This document shows positions 43,612 through 58,765 of a stretch of DNA of 64,000 nucleotides, in pieces. This DNA is from Octopus vulgaris (lineage: Eukaryota). The stretch spans positions 14,446,001 through 14,510,000 of the forward strand of contig OX597834.1 of NCBI GenBank assembly GCA_951406725.2, in the 5' to 3' direction. Both the position numbers and the translations under genes were made by a program. The number at the start of each line of letters is the position of its first letter. Position 1 is the first letter of the stretch. Under the pieces are notes generated by a model that made no database searches, had not been told where the DNA came from, and saw only the letters and a list, made by a program, of their open reading frames with translations.

Positions 43612-44265
43612 GTTAATACTAAGCAAACAACATTATGTTAATAACAGCGAATGACATTATTGACGAAGGAAGCCACGAAAAGTCATTGGTGACTTGTGGG
43701 CGATTTGAACTCCGAATACATCTGGACGTAAAACAGCAGAGCATCTCATTGCGTTGTACTAAATTTGAAACAACCTTGTGAATTGTGAAATCGTTTGTTC
43801 TGAAAACAAACATTCTTCCATTTCGGTTCCTATATATACCATTAATCTTCATAACGATATTTCAAGGTACGAAATATTTCCAGTGTATCTACGATTTTCG
43901 TTCCGTTTTTAATGTTTTTCAAAGTGATACATCTGATCAGGATTTGAGTGTTTGATTTCTTGCCAGAGTTAATCTCGATGCAAACCAACAATTAGACATA
44001 AGTCCAGAAAACAGTAAACTATTTTTGCTGGTAATAATTATAATACCCAAGAGAAATACAGTCTAAAGTTATAATTGAGATAGACTCATAATTTCTCGTT
44101 TAAGATGAAGTTTTATATTTCACTCATACCGAAAGGTAGACATTTTCTTCTTCATTTGTGTCCTATTCTCTTATTTTCCTATTTCCATTCACCTTTACCA
44201 TTTTTCATAATCAGAAACGGAATAGATTGCAAAAATACAAACACACACACACACACACACACACG

Positions 44266-44323
<58 letters not shown>

Positions 44324-44493
44324 ACTATCTATACTTATCAATATATTTATTTATGCAAACAAGCATACAACTACATAAACGAACATACACACACACACAC
44401 ACATATATATACATGTATATTCATCTACAAATAAATACATATATATATATATATATATATATGCATATATATGCATGAACAAATAAATACATG

Positions 44494-44571
<78 letters not shown>

Positions 44572-44606
44572 CAGATATATATTAATATACATATATACAT
44601 ACAGAT

Positions 44607-44665
<59 letters not shown>

Positions 44666-45347
44666 TGACTGTATAGAAGACAAAACTATAAATTCCCTTA
44701 AAGTCATCGAAATTCCGTTCCGTTCCAAACTTACATTCTCATCACGTTTCCTATCTTCCTAATACTATTAATCACCTTTTACCAAAACAAACTTGTCACC
44801 GCCAGAAAACATTTCCAACAACTAGCCATCTTGCCAAACCACGAACAAATCCGAAGCCATTTCGTAAGATTCTTTCGCTAAGTTCATCACCGACTCCATT
44901 TGACCATCAAGAAATAGTGAGGAATTTGCCAATACCAATTCTTCAGATTTAGCTCATTTCTCGCCGTCAATGCCATTTATCTTCTAGACTTTCGCTACGC
45001 TCATAAATCACGTTGTTTCAGACTCGCTGTTAAGGTCGGTGACGTCAGTCTCTCTACACTATGTTGAGAGTAATTCAAACGAATCTTGGTTATTAACAGT
45101 TTCATTATGTTTCGCAACACGCTTCAAACATTTATTCCGATATATTACACAACGTATACACCACAACGGCTAATACCGAGACGCACACACACACACATAC
45201 ACACTTCCTCGCAAAGAAGTTCTCTAAAAGTTATCTCTGTATGCCATACATACATACAAAAAACACACACACAGACATATATGTAGGTATGTATATATAT
45301 ATGTATATATATATACTGTATATACATAAATATATATATACACATAA

Positions 45348-45381
<34 letters not shown>

Positions 45382-45386
45382 TCATA

Positions 45387-45427
<41 letters not shown>

Positions 45428-45630
45428 ATATAATCATATATGTGTATACATGTTTATTTATTTATGGGTATATATACTCATGTATATATATATATATATA
45501 GAGAGAGAGAGACATATATTTCTATATTCATGTATTCTATGCGTACTATGTATATACATAGATGTATTTATAAATACATATACGTACATATATGGCTATA
45601 GTCTCACATACAGACACATATGCATACATG

Positions 45631-45680
<50 letters not shown>

Positions 45681-46241
45681 CCTATGTATGTATATTCCTG
45701 TATACAATGCTTATCATTATATGTATATATTATTACATGTATAGATATGTAGAAAGGAAAATATGTGTAGACAAGCATATATACAGACGCACCTCTCCTA
45801 CAACAAACACACCGGCGCACTCCACATACAACACCCACACAGACGCAAACACACAACACATCTAGAACTGGTAATACTAATTGACTTGTTAATATTAATG
45901 ACAGCGTTTTGCCCGTTTTGCTTCAGATTGTCCATCAAAAACGATGCCGACAGCCTTTGCTTGTGTTCCTGTTTATATATGTATAGACGTAAAAATATTA
46001 CAAGCCGTTCCAATCGAAGTAGGTAACTGCACCTATCTGGCTTAAATAACTGTTTTATCTTCATCTCTAAGTCTCAAATCACCACGGAACCACCTAAGGC
46101 CATAGGCAGAAATATTGAATAGAAGCCTACGCAAGCGCATTCGAATTAAATGTTCACACTCCACAACAGAATCATCGTACTTGCATTATATATACTGGAT
46201 TGTGACTGGATTTAGTCGACGGAAAATGAAAGAAGCCAATC

Positions 46242-46302
<61 letters not shown>

Positions 46303-46305
<3 letters not shown>

Positions 46306-46700
46306 TTTTCTTTTATCTTTTACTTGTTTCAGTCATTTGACTGCAGCCATGCAGGAGCACCGCCTTTAGTCGAGCAAATCGACCCCGGGACTTATTCTTT
46401 GTAAGCCTAGTACTTACACTATCGGACCCTTTTTGCCGAACCGCTAAGTGACGGGGACGTAAACACACCAGCATCGGTTGTCAAGCAATGCTAGGGGGAC
46501 AAAGACAGACACACAAACACACACGCATACATATATATATATACATATATACGACAGGGTTCTTTCAGTTTCCATCTACCAAATCCACTCACAACGCATT
46601 GGTCGGCCCGGGGCTATAGCAGAAGACACTTGCACAAGGTGCCACGCAGTGGGACTTAATCCAGAACCATGTGGTTGGTTAGCAAGCTACTTACCACACA
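46303..46700 (-). mobile_element. SINE family A
   Basis: High identity to the other A copies, intact tail cagtcatttgactgc. Confidence 0.9.
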
Positions 46701-46703
46701 CCT

Positions 46704-46767
<64 letters not shown>

Positions 46768-46835
46768 AATTAAAATTAAAAAAACTGGAGAAGTAGGATT
46801 AATATAATATATTGACTGCAAAAATTTAACATATT

Positions 46836-46920
46836 CTCTTACAGCTGTTTCGATTTTGCCCAAATAATTAAGTTCCAGTAATTAAAACATTTTCTTTTTA
46901 GCAAAATCTCCTTAGAGGAG
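46836..46920 (-). ncRNA. Minimal hammerhead ribozyme relic (G5->A core mutation)
   Basis: Minus strand: CTAAGGA, perfect 8-bp stem II gattttgc/gcaaaatc, GAAA, palindromic stem III acagctgt, GUA site, weak stem I. Confidence 0.65.
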
Positions 46921-47244
46921 TCAAAAAGACATACCGTTATTTTATTAGATGTTATTCTTCCAAAATATCTGAAGTACTTTATAACCGAAAATTTACTCTT
47001 AAAACTTTTAATTTAGAATTATTACTATTCAGAATACTAGGCAACACACCTGTAATTCATTGAATTTCTTTTATCACTTTATGAGGCTATTTTAACCTCT
47101 ATTTAATTATATATAATTATATTTAATTATATGTGAGTGTACTTATGTATATATTTATATCTATGCATGTATAGATATGCATATATATGAACATAAATAT
47201 TTGTATAAGCATACATATATATTGTATATGTATCTATATATAAT

Positions 47245-47291
<47 letters not shown>

Positions 47292-47867
47292 GAGAACAAG
47301 ATTTTCCGCCGATCAGGCGATTCAGCGAAAACATTGTTTTCCAAACATTTTATGCCGTATTGTTTTGTACTGAACTTTAATTTTTATGTGAAAGAATTAA
47401 AGCTGTCTAACATTGTAATAATCATTTTAGAAGCAATGAAAATTATTTTCGATCGGAATTGTTTCGATTGCTGAAAAGTAAATTAAAAATGAAAAACAAG
47501 AAGATTTAGTTACTTTGTAAATTCAGCAAATTTTTCCATAATATTATGCAGATTAGATTATTTCAATAAAGTTATTTTACTGCGATGTACAAAACAAACA
47601 GACCTCTTGGTGACAGCTGTTTCAAAATCACTAACGAAAAGTTAAAAACAATGTATGCGAAACCCAATGTCAGAGTGTCTCTTTCAGAATGCCGATCTGT
47701 GCTACAATCACATACAGTGCACCTATACATCCATATGACCGTTAAACAATTTCCGAAGATATGATTAACGACAAAAAGTTAACGCAGCATCTTTAGTGCT
47801 ATTTCGTTACACTTTGTACATATTCGTTCTCTACACACATACGCACACACACATACATACACATATG

Positions 47868-47899
<32 letters not shown>

Positions 47900-47943
47900 T
47901 GTATGTATGTATGTATGTATGTATGTATGTATGTATGTATGTA

Positions 47944-47983
<40 letters not shown>

Positions 47984-47984
<1 letters not shown>

Positions 47985-48212
47985 TTTATTTAAAGTAGCA
48001 GACAATTCAACAAAACCTGTTACTCTGAGTTTCCCGTTGCCGTTCGTCGGACATTTTTTTCTAGCAAAAACTGTCCGACGAACGGCAACGGGAAACTCAG
48101 AGTAACAGGTTTTGTTGAATTTTTTGCTGCTTTAAATAAAGCATATTACTCTACCACTGATATTTGAGTACTCTTTTTTCCACCTTGTTTCACATTTATG
48201 TGTTTACTCCGG
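47984..48212. mobile_element. Young fold-back element with a hammerhead-like motif in each arm
   Basis: 47984-48053 is the reverse complement of 48072-48141 with about 3 mismatches; the right arm extends to 48212; (TA)n on both sides. Confidence 0.85.
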
Positions 48213-48574
48213 TATATATAAATATATATATATAAATATATATATATAAATATATATATATGCATATGTGAAGGCGCGTGGCGTTCGATCATATAATAAC
48301 AAAGTAATAAATAAAATTTATGTATATATACATACATATAGGTACATACCTACATCTATATGTATATATACCTGCGTGTATGGGAACAAGACACAAAAAA
48401 ACCCTCCAACACAATGAGAAACGAAAACTTAAAAACAAAACCATGGAAACGGACTTTTTTCAAACAACGGAAAGACAGAGTACAAGACATACAACACAAG
48501 GAAATTTTCCCTTCTTCAGCTGCCTACTCCGTGTATATATATATATATACAATCCGTGTATATATATCTACTCC

Positions 48575-48629
<55 letters not shown>

Positions 48630-48827
48630 TATGTGTTTGTTTATGCGTGAGATACTTCTCTCATTTCCCGCCAACCAGATTCATGCGCAATGGTTTGGTC
48701 ACTCCGAGACTATAACAAAAAGCAGTCGCAAAACGTGGAATTGAACCTGGAAAAGTGTTGTTGGGAACCAAATTTCCTACTACTGATGCGCCTATTATAA
48801 ACATATATATATATATATATATATATC

Positions 48828-49269
<442 letters not shown>

Positions 49270-49769
49270 TATTTACATACCGAAATTTACGGTAAATAAT
49301 TGTTGGTTATAAGAAAAGCCACTGAAAAATTATTTACCATTTTTATTGTATAACCATATGGATTTCTTATTCCATTGCGATCACCCAGACGGCGCGCATA
49401 GCAGAATTTTGGAGGGAAAATTTACGTTCCCAGCCATTACTTAGTTTTAACATCTGCACACCTCCCCCTACTATCTGATGTCGCTTGGTCAGAGGTGAGG
49501 GCTTGAGGCATTTGGTAAATCTATCGAATACGGTGTTGACGAAGGAAATCAAGCTATTTTCGAGCTTGTGATCTAGAAACATGTTTATCATTAACGGTAA
49601 GAGATTGTTTTCGTTTATTTGCTACTCCGATTTTGCGTATGTGAGTCGCAGGGTTCGTCGTATATGGAATCTCCACTTGTAGGAAATGGAAAAAACAGTC
49701 TTTGACTGCCATTTCTAATTCCTTCGGTATGCGGCGAAGCAGCCTGTTGCCCGCCCTTTTAATTATTTT

Positions 49770-49806
<37 letters not shown>

Positions 49807-49807
49807 C

Positions 49808-49872
<65 letters not shown>

Positions 49873-50352
49873 CACAAACGTAGTGTATATTAGTTCGATG
49901 CGCACATACAGAGATTTTTGCATATGCACATACACAGGCAAAATGAGAGTTCTGATGTAGTTTCACAGATCATATTAAACTATGAGCTTTCCTATATTCG
50001 AACATTATTTGTCTGCAACTGTCTGGTTAAATAGCTGAATTACTTTCCTAACCTATTCAAGAAGCTAGACACATGTTAATAGTCTTTAGATATATTGTAA
50101 TTTCCTATCAAAGTTTTTACGATAGGTAGTTTTTTTTCTTCGTTTTTTTTTTCATTTTTTTCCTTCTTTTTTTCAAAAATAGATTGGATGCTATAGAATA
50201 GAAGTTCCAAATAGAAGAAGGAGATTATGGTATCTAACCTGAACCAAACTGCAAAAAAAAAAGCAGAGGAATATATAACCGGCAGACATACATATGAGCA
50301 TACACAAATACACGCACTTAATCACATGCAGATACTCATATATGGAGATATA

Positions 50353-50431
<79 letters not shown>

Positions 50432-50448
50432 GTATATATATATATATA

Positions 50449-50491
<43 letters not shown>

Positions 50492-51389
50492 CTATATATA
50501 TATATATCTATATATATATATATATTTATATATTTATATATATAAGTATATTATATATATTATATATATTTGAATACTCATATATGTAAACCTATATATA
50601 CAGATACATATGTATATATATATATATATATATATCCATGCATAAATACATGTATATACCCACGTATATAAGCAGATATATTTATATGAATGAGTACGGG
50701 CGTGTGTGCTTGTCAACGCTTCCATGTGTGTATGTATTAATGTATGGGACCGCGCGCATATACATGTATCAATGCAACTATACGCGTGGATGTGTGCGTG
50801 CGTGAGCTTACATACAACACACACACACACACATGCCCGCGCGTATGCAAGCACTTTACTTTTGTGCTCACCGAGCAAAAACGACAAATACATATTTCGC
50901 AATATTATTGAATATTTCAGTTTCGACTGATGAATTAACAAAGTAACAAATGCCACATCAAATTTATTGTTCTACGCACTTTCTCTTTCTTTTTTTTTCC
51001 CCATTTTCTAGCTCTTTCTCTCTACACTTACAACAAATATATATACGCACAATCGCGTATACACGCACGCACCCAAACACACTCATATATATATATATAT
51101 ATGCATATATCATTGTACATATACGTACATTTATATACATGTACGTATATATATAAAGATATATGCATATATATAAAGATATATGCATATATATATATAT
51201 ATATGCATATATATATGCATATATATATATATGTATGTATATATATATATATAAATATGTACATATATATATATATATGCATATATCATTGTATATATAT
51301 ACGTACATTTATATATATGATATATGCATATATATATGCATATATATATGTATATATATATATATATGTACGTATATATATAAATATAT

Positions 51390-51462
<73 letters not shown>

Positions 51463-51467
51463 CTTCT

Positions 51468-51523
<56 letters not shown>

Positions 51524-52292
51524 TATGTGTCTGTGTGTGTGTATTGATTAACAGACAAAAGTTTGCAAAGTCTACCGACAGTGGCACCATTTTTGCTGCA
51601 ATATGAAAAAAATAATAAAATGGAAGCCGGAAAAGATCACATGAACGTAAAATTAAGTATGTCTTATCAGTCTCCTGCAGAAGTCGGGAACATAACGATA
51701 ATGAAAAGAATTCAGTTGTTTAAAAATTCACAGAAGACGAAAAATAAAAAAAATAATAAAAACTCAATACAAAAACGAATAAGCAAATGATGAAATTAAA
51801 TAGAAAATTTCCTGTTCACTAAACTGTTTTATTTTGCAGCTGTGTACATATATCCGGAGACACATATTGTATTTGGGATGTGAAACCCCCTATGGAAATG
51901 TTAGGATTTCTTCATATTTTGAATGCCTGTTTATGACAACTTGTTAAATAGTTTCATGAAAGAGTCTCGGGTCTCAGATAATTACGTTGTGAACGAGATT
52001 TCGTTCATTTCCATTTTGTGCTGTCTAAGTGTGTGATCCTTAATCATGGCTCCGTTTAACATGTTTCCTTAATCATGGCTTCGTTTAACAAACCTAAGAG
52101 GACGTTTTGATAGTTCTCTGTTTTGTTCGTAATATACGCGCTTGATCACTGGATGAATCATTTCTATATTTCTTGTAGCTGTTTCAGTGTTCTGTAGAAA
52201 ACAACGGCTACGTTGTTTTCTCTTTCCTGTGGATAAAGTAGAAAAATCTTTCTCTTCTCAACTGTCTCTGTCTCACCCTCATTCACGTTAAA

Positions 52293-52372
<80 letters not shown>

Positions 52373-52660
52373 GAGTGAGTGAGAGACCGAGATGGAATTA
52401 TATATGTATTTATATAGATATTTACACGCATGTATAGATACACACACATACGCAAAATATATGCAAACACATATATATGGTGTATATATATATATATATA
52501 TAATTAAATCATATATATGTATGTATACATGTTTGTATGTATGTATTTATATATATATACACATACCTATACGCATATAAACATTTTGTTTCAGAAAGGG
52601 AATTAATATATTTTTATTGTTTGACATGAAAATACTGACACAAATACACACACATACACG

Positions 52661-52699
<39 letters not shown>

Positions 52700-53409
52700 A
52701 TGTGTGTGCGTGTGTACATAATTACAATGATAATGTTTAGCATAAATACACGCAGGTAGAGACATTATCGATAAATTTTATTAGGTGTCATTAAGTATAT
52801 TAAGTATGGAAAATTACTTCAAATATTTGAAAAATAGTAAGCGATAATACAAAAAAAAATTGTTTTCTCTATTTAAGAAAAACGACAGACGTAAATTAGG
52901 TCAAAGGTGAGAGCCACTTAGGTGATTATCACGGTAAAATTAGGGAGAGAATATTTGACATGGATAGTATTTTTAACAAAGTGTTGTATTTGGTTAAAAA
53001 GTTCATTGGCTGAAAAACTTTGGCTGAAAAGAGAATTTTTTACAAATCTAACATTGTGAGAATTTTGATCAGAAAATATGATCGAATTTTCCACATTAGA
53101 TACTAACCTAATCCCTCTCATAATGAAGGATATGAAGAAATTACTAAATATATTGATGGGGAAAAGAGAGAATTAATACCATTGTTACCGTCAGTCTAAT
53201 TTTACGCAAAGTATATTGCATGACAGTGTATCCCAGATTTTTATGAACTGCTGATAAAATGTAAGAGGCCAAACGTACTCAATGAATAACAGAAAGGCAA
53301 TGGCTATTACAGGATATGCCATCTCAAACAGACAAGGATATGAAGACCATCTCTCTTTGCTTATGCACACATTAGGCTTGCCGGTTTGACATTCACCGAG
53401 GCAGTGTGG

Positions 53410-53586
53410 TTACTTCTATGTAGGTAGCATCTGTCGTTATGTTCTGAGTTCAAATTACCTTTCATCATTTCGGGGTCGATAAATAAAGTACCAGTTTCTC
53501 AATGGGGGGCGTATAATTCACTCAATCCCTTCGTCTGTCCTTGTTTGCCCCCTCTATGTTTAGCCCCTTCTGGGAAATAAATAAAT
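53410..53586 (+). mobile_element. SINE B, 5'-degraded
   Basis: gttctgagttcaaat...tttcggggtcgataaataaagtaccag...tttagccccttctggg. Confidence 0.82.
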
Positions 53587-53913
53587 ATATATTACACTAG
53601 ATTGAATGTATGAAATCCCTACCAAGTCGCTCCTTGCCATGTATAGTGTCTCGTCTATAAGGAGACAGTCAGAAACAAAGGTGTTAATTATTTTTGTACC
53701 AGACATATATTTGGTAACCCTTAAAAGAAAACTTGTCTGTCAGAAAGTATCAGTTAAAAAAATTGAACACGTATGCAAAACACAAGAAGTTGGCCGCCAT
53801 TATGTACAACAGACATATTACGTATAACGACTTCATTGCAATGGAAATACGAAAAAAGAGGCCAAACTCTGAATACATGCAAAAGGCACAATGATCCACT
53901 AGTAATGGATCAA

Positions 53914-54311
<398 letters not shown>

Positions 54312-54810
54312 ACGAAGAAGAAAACATTTTAAAATTACAATGATCTAATGCAAAATGTTACAACTAACAATAATAATAAATAATACAGCTTTTGATACGA
54401 AATACAAATGCGAGAGCAAAGTGAATTGTATGATTAAATAGCCTCATATATTGTAAATATTTCAAGGCCAAGAGGTCTTTGAGATTCACTGGACTATGTT
54501 AAAAACATTTATCAAATATCAATATACAATTGATCACTTCCCGTTTTTGAAGAAAGAGATGAGCGTCAGGGGGAGATAATTAGAGCAGAAAAACTAGACG
54601 TAACATATCATAGCATTGGCTTTTCGTTCATGAGTATGATTTTTTGTTCACGGAATTTATTGCAAAGTCACGTATGAGATACAGTGAAATTATACAGAAA
54701 ATCTCATACAGTAACAATAGCAGACATACACCCATCATAATCGACAATAGCACCCCCCCTTCCACACTATGTCTACACACACGCACACACACAGACACAC
54801 AGACACACAG

Positions 54811-54842
<32 letters not shown>

Positions 54843-54891
54843 ATATACATACATGTGTATATATATGCATATACATGTATATATTTAGATA

Positions 54892-54935
<44 letters not shown>

Positions 54936-55034
54936 ATATATATATATATATATATATATATGTGTTTATATATATATATCGATATCTATATCTGTAGGTA
55001 TATATATATATGTGTGTTTATATGCATATATATT

Positions 55035-55067
<33 letters not shown>

Positions 55068-55539
55068 GTATCTCTGTGTGTGTGTATATATATATGTGTG
55101 TGTGTGTATGTTTATATATGTATATTCAACTATATATACATATATAACCATATTAATGTTAATATATGTGTGTGTGCGTGTGTGTGCGTGTGTGTGTGTT
55201 TGTTTGTATGTATAAACATATTAAAATATATATATGTATATACCAATATCGATGTTATCAATAAACAATCACTCATCCATGGTTAGATTAGAAGAATTTA
55301 TATCTGTTGGTGTAGAAACGTTCTTCAAGGGGTACAAATATTGGTGGTGCAATGAATAGAAACGAAAATTGACTTCTTTCTCAATAACAGTTTTACTGCC
55401 AAAACTTGCTTTCGTTCTCTCTAACAAGGCACACCCACACCACGTACACACACAGGCGTACACCAACTCTTTAACATGAGATAGATAGATAGATAGATAC
55501 ATAGATAGATAGCTAGATAGATAGATAGATAGATGGATG

Positions 55540-55574
<35 letters not shown>

Positions 55575-55593
55575 GGATGGATAGATAGGTAGG

Positions 55594-55632
<39 letters not shown>

Positions 55633-56369
55633 TTAGATAGATAGATAGATAGATTAGATGCATATATAGATAGATAGATATATAGACAGATGGTTAGATA
55701 GACAGAGTGATAGACAGAGAGAGAAAGCAATATATGCATACCTACATACATATATATATATATATATGTGTGTGTGCGTGTACTTTTCTGTGTGCGTGTG
55801 TCTACGTGTTTGTTAATGTATGTACACACGCGCACACACGCACAGAGAAAAGTGCACGCACACACACAGAGGCACCCACACACCCAACAACACACACACA
55901 GAAAGTGTTATACTGTTATGCACATACATATGTGCGTATGTGTATCTGGGTGTGTGTTAATTTGTATCTCTGTCTATGCGCTTGCTCTTGTGTGTACGCA
56001 CGCGTCAGATTATGTATCCGCTTGTGTGTGTATGCGTGTGAGCATGTGTGCGTGTGTCTATGTAATTCTGTCCATCTGTATGTGTGTCTATGTGATTGTA
56101 TGTATGCATGTATGTGTTTGTATGTGTGCGTGAGTTTGCGTGTCTGTGTGTGTGTTTGTGTGTGTGGTGTGTGGTTTTTGTGTGCGTATGCGGGTTTTAG
56201 CAACCCGTTTGAAAATACGTTAACCAATCATTAACTAATTAGAACAAAAATAGACTTTGGCGCCACAATGTTAATGGCTATTCTGTAAGATCTAACTCTT
56301 CTGTTCGATCTGGTGAGAATGATTGGTGTGTCTGCAAGAATATTTACCGCATTCTCGGGCACTAGAAAC

Positions 56370-56870
56370 ACGAAGATACGGGGACGTAAGCACACCAGCA
56401 TCAACTGTGAAGCGATGGTTGGTGAGCGGTCGACAAAGATAGTCAGAAAGACACTCACAGAAAAACCACCTTTTATCAATTCAGAATGAACAATTAAATT
56501 ACACCATCTAGAAAATTACAAATAGTAGAAATATTAAAATAAAATAACAATAACATACCGATGATGCAAAATAATAATAAATTATAAGAAAACCGTGTAT
56601 ACGTTTTTCTTATTATTTTGTAATTTACTTAATCATCAGTACATCATTTGTCATTTTATTTTAATATTTCAATTATATGTAATTTTCTAGATAGTGTAAT
56701 TTAATTGTTCATTTTGAATTGATAAAAGGTGATATAACAAATCCATTCACAAGACTGTACTTGGTTTGAGGTTAAATTAGAAGACATTTGCCCAAGGTGT
56801 CCAAAAGTGTGACTGAACCCGGAATCATGTGGTTGGGAAGCTAGCTTCTTACCACACAGCTACACCATGT
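56370..56870 (-). mobile_element. Old SINE A split by a fold-back element
   Basis: 56370-56460 matches the A middle; 56738-56870 matches the A head. Confidence 0.7.
56467..56731. mobile_element. AT-rich fold-back/MITE-like palindrome (~130-bp arms)
   Basis: caccttttatcaattcagaatgaacaattaaattacac pairs with gtgtaatttaattgttcattttgaattgataaaaggtg; centre cgtgtatacg. Confidence 0.85.
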
Positions 56871-57185
56871 CTTTACAATATTATGAAAAGATATTGGGAT
56901 CGATTCTTCGCTAAATCAGATTATTCTATCCTGCGTCCTTATTGATTTCCTTTTTTTTTTTTTCAATCATTGTTTAATTGTTTTAAATCTTCTGTATGCT
57001 GCGACACCGTTTTAAATGTTTTACTCGAACAGATCGCACACATCGCTGGTTTTCGCAACATCCGGAAGTAAGTCTATCGTTCTCTTTAGCCGGGGCCGTA
57101 AAGAAACCAAAACCAGATGTTTAGCGTTGCGGAGAAAGACTCAAACATAGAGTTACACTCACACATACATACACAAACATTTACA

Positions 57186-57239
<54 letters not shown>

Positions 57240-57245
57240 TATATG

Positions 57246-57300
<55 letters not shown>

Positions 57301-57301
57301 G

Positions 57302-57334
<33 letters not shown>

Positions 57335-57399
57335 ATATATAGAGATAGATAGATAGATAGATAGAGAGAGAGATATATATAGATAGATAGATAGATAGT

Positions 57400-57454
<55 letters not shown>

Positions 57455-57785
57455 TTTGATATAGTAGAATCATTTTCATTCATTCTATTTATGTTTACTC
57501 ACGTAATCAGAGTCAGTAATGAACCCAGCTTATTTGAGGATATAACAATAAGCTACATTAGCAGAAGATGCGTTTAAACGACCAGAGCTGTTGACATTGA
57601 CAGCGTAACAGTCGAACGAAAAGATAAGACGCCGTCTGGAATGTTAAGAGCAAGAAAAGTAATTACATATATCATGTGACCAAACTAAGCTGCGTGTTCC
57701 CTAAAAACGTCGATAAAGCATTACTGATAGTACAGTCAGAAGATGAACACAATTACAGAAAATAGGTTAGAAGTAGCGCCATATG

Positions 57786-57855
<70 letters not shown>

Positions 57856-57867
57856 ATATATATATAT

Positions 57868-58090
57868 GCGTGTGTGTGTTTGTGTGTCTGTGTTTGTCCC
57901 CCTAGCATTGCTTGACAACCGATGCTGGTGTGTTTATGTCCCCGTAACTTAGCGGTTCGGCAAAAGAGACCGATAAAATAAGTACTGGGCTTACAAAAGA
58001 ATAAGTCCCGGGGTCGAGTTGCTCGATTAAAAAGGCGGTCCTCCAGCATGGCCGCAGTCAAATGACTGAAACAAGTAAAAGAGAGAGAGA
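57868..58090 (+). mobile_element. SINE A 3' half
   Basis: Near-identical to the A tail, ending aaggcggtcctccagcatggccgcagtcaaatgactgaaacaagtaaaagag. Confidence 0.9.
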
Positions 58091-58436
58091 GTATGGGTAT
58101 AACAGAATTACACTCTGCAAGAGTTTTTTTTTTCTTTTCTTCTTTTATGGCTTTGGTTAGTAAGTTCCCTATTGGATTCTACCTAGGAATTAAAGGAAAT
58201 GACAATAAATTCCTTTATAACTTTGCTTTTGTGAGCTGGGCATCAATGTTTTCAAACTGACCTATATTATATTACATTTCAGAGACATTTTCCGCTGTGT
58301 TACTGAACCAGTTATATCGTTATATCAAATATTCTGCTCAATATCACAGATGTTGCTGGACCTTCAACGCTTGAGCATATCCCTTAGGGGCTCACAATAT
58401 GTAAATCTCTGATCATAAGCAGGTGTAGTGAGGGAG

Positions 58437-58765
58437 ATGTGAGGGCGCGTGGCTTAGTGGTTAGGGCATTCGGCTCATGATCGTAAGGTTGTGAGTTCGA
58501 TTCCCGGCGACGCGTTGTGTCCTTGAGCAAGACACTTTATTTCATGTTGCTCCAGTCCACTCAGCTGGCAAAAATGAGTTGTACTTGTATTCCATAGGGT
58601 CAGCCTTGTCACTCTCCGTGTCACGCTGATTATCCCCGAGAACTACGTTAAGGGTACACGTGTCTGTGGAATGCTCAGCCATTTGCACGTTAATTTCACG
58701 AGCAAGCTGTTCCGTTGATCGTATCAGCTGGGACCCTCGTCGTCGTAACCGGCGGAGTCTTTAAA
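58437..58765 (+). mobile_element. tRNA-derived SINE family D (CORE/V-like centre) with tail type 1
   Basis: A box TGGCTTAGTGG, B box GAGTTCGATTCC, tgtgtccttgagcaagacactt; 3' half nearly identical to SINE C tail 1; 10-bp TSD agtgagggag at 58427-58436 and 58766-58775. Confidence 0.92.

Noticed and set aside
43655-43725. ttgacga-a-gga...tcc-gaat with an internal hairpin
   Set aside because: GAAA is mutated and stems I and III are not identifiable; too degenerate to call
48495-48525. Minus-strand ctgaaga plus agg/cct hairpin
   Set aside because: No following GAAA or cleavage triplet
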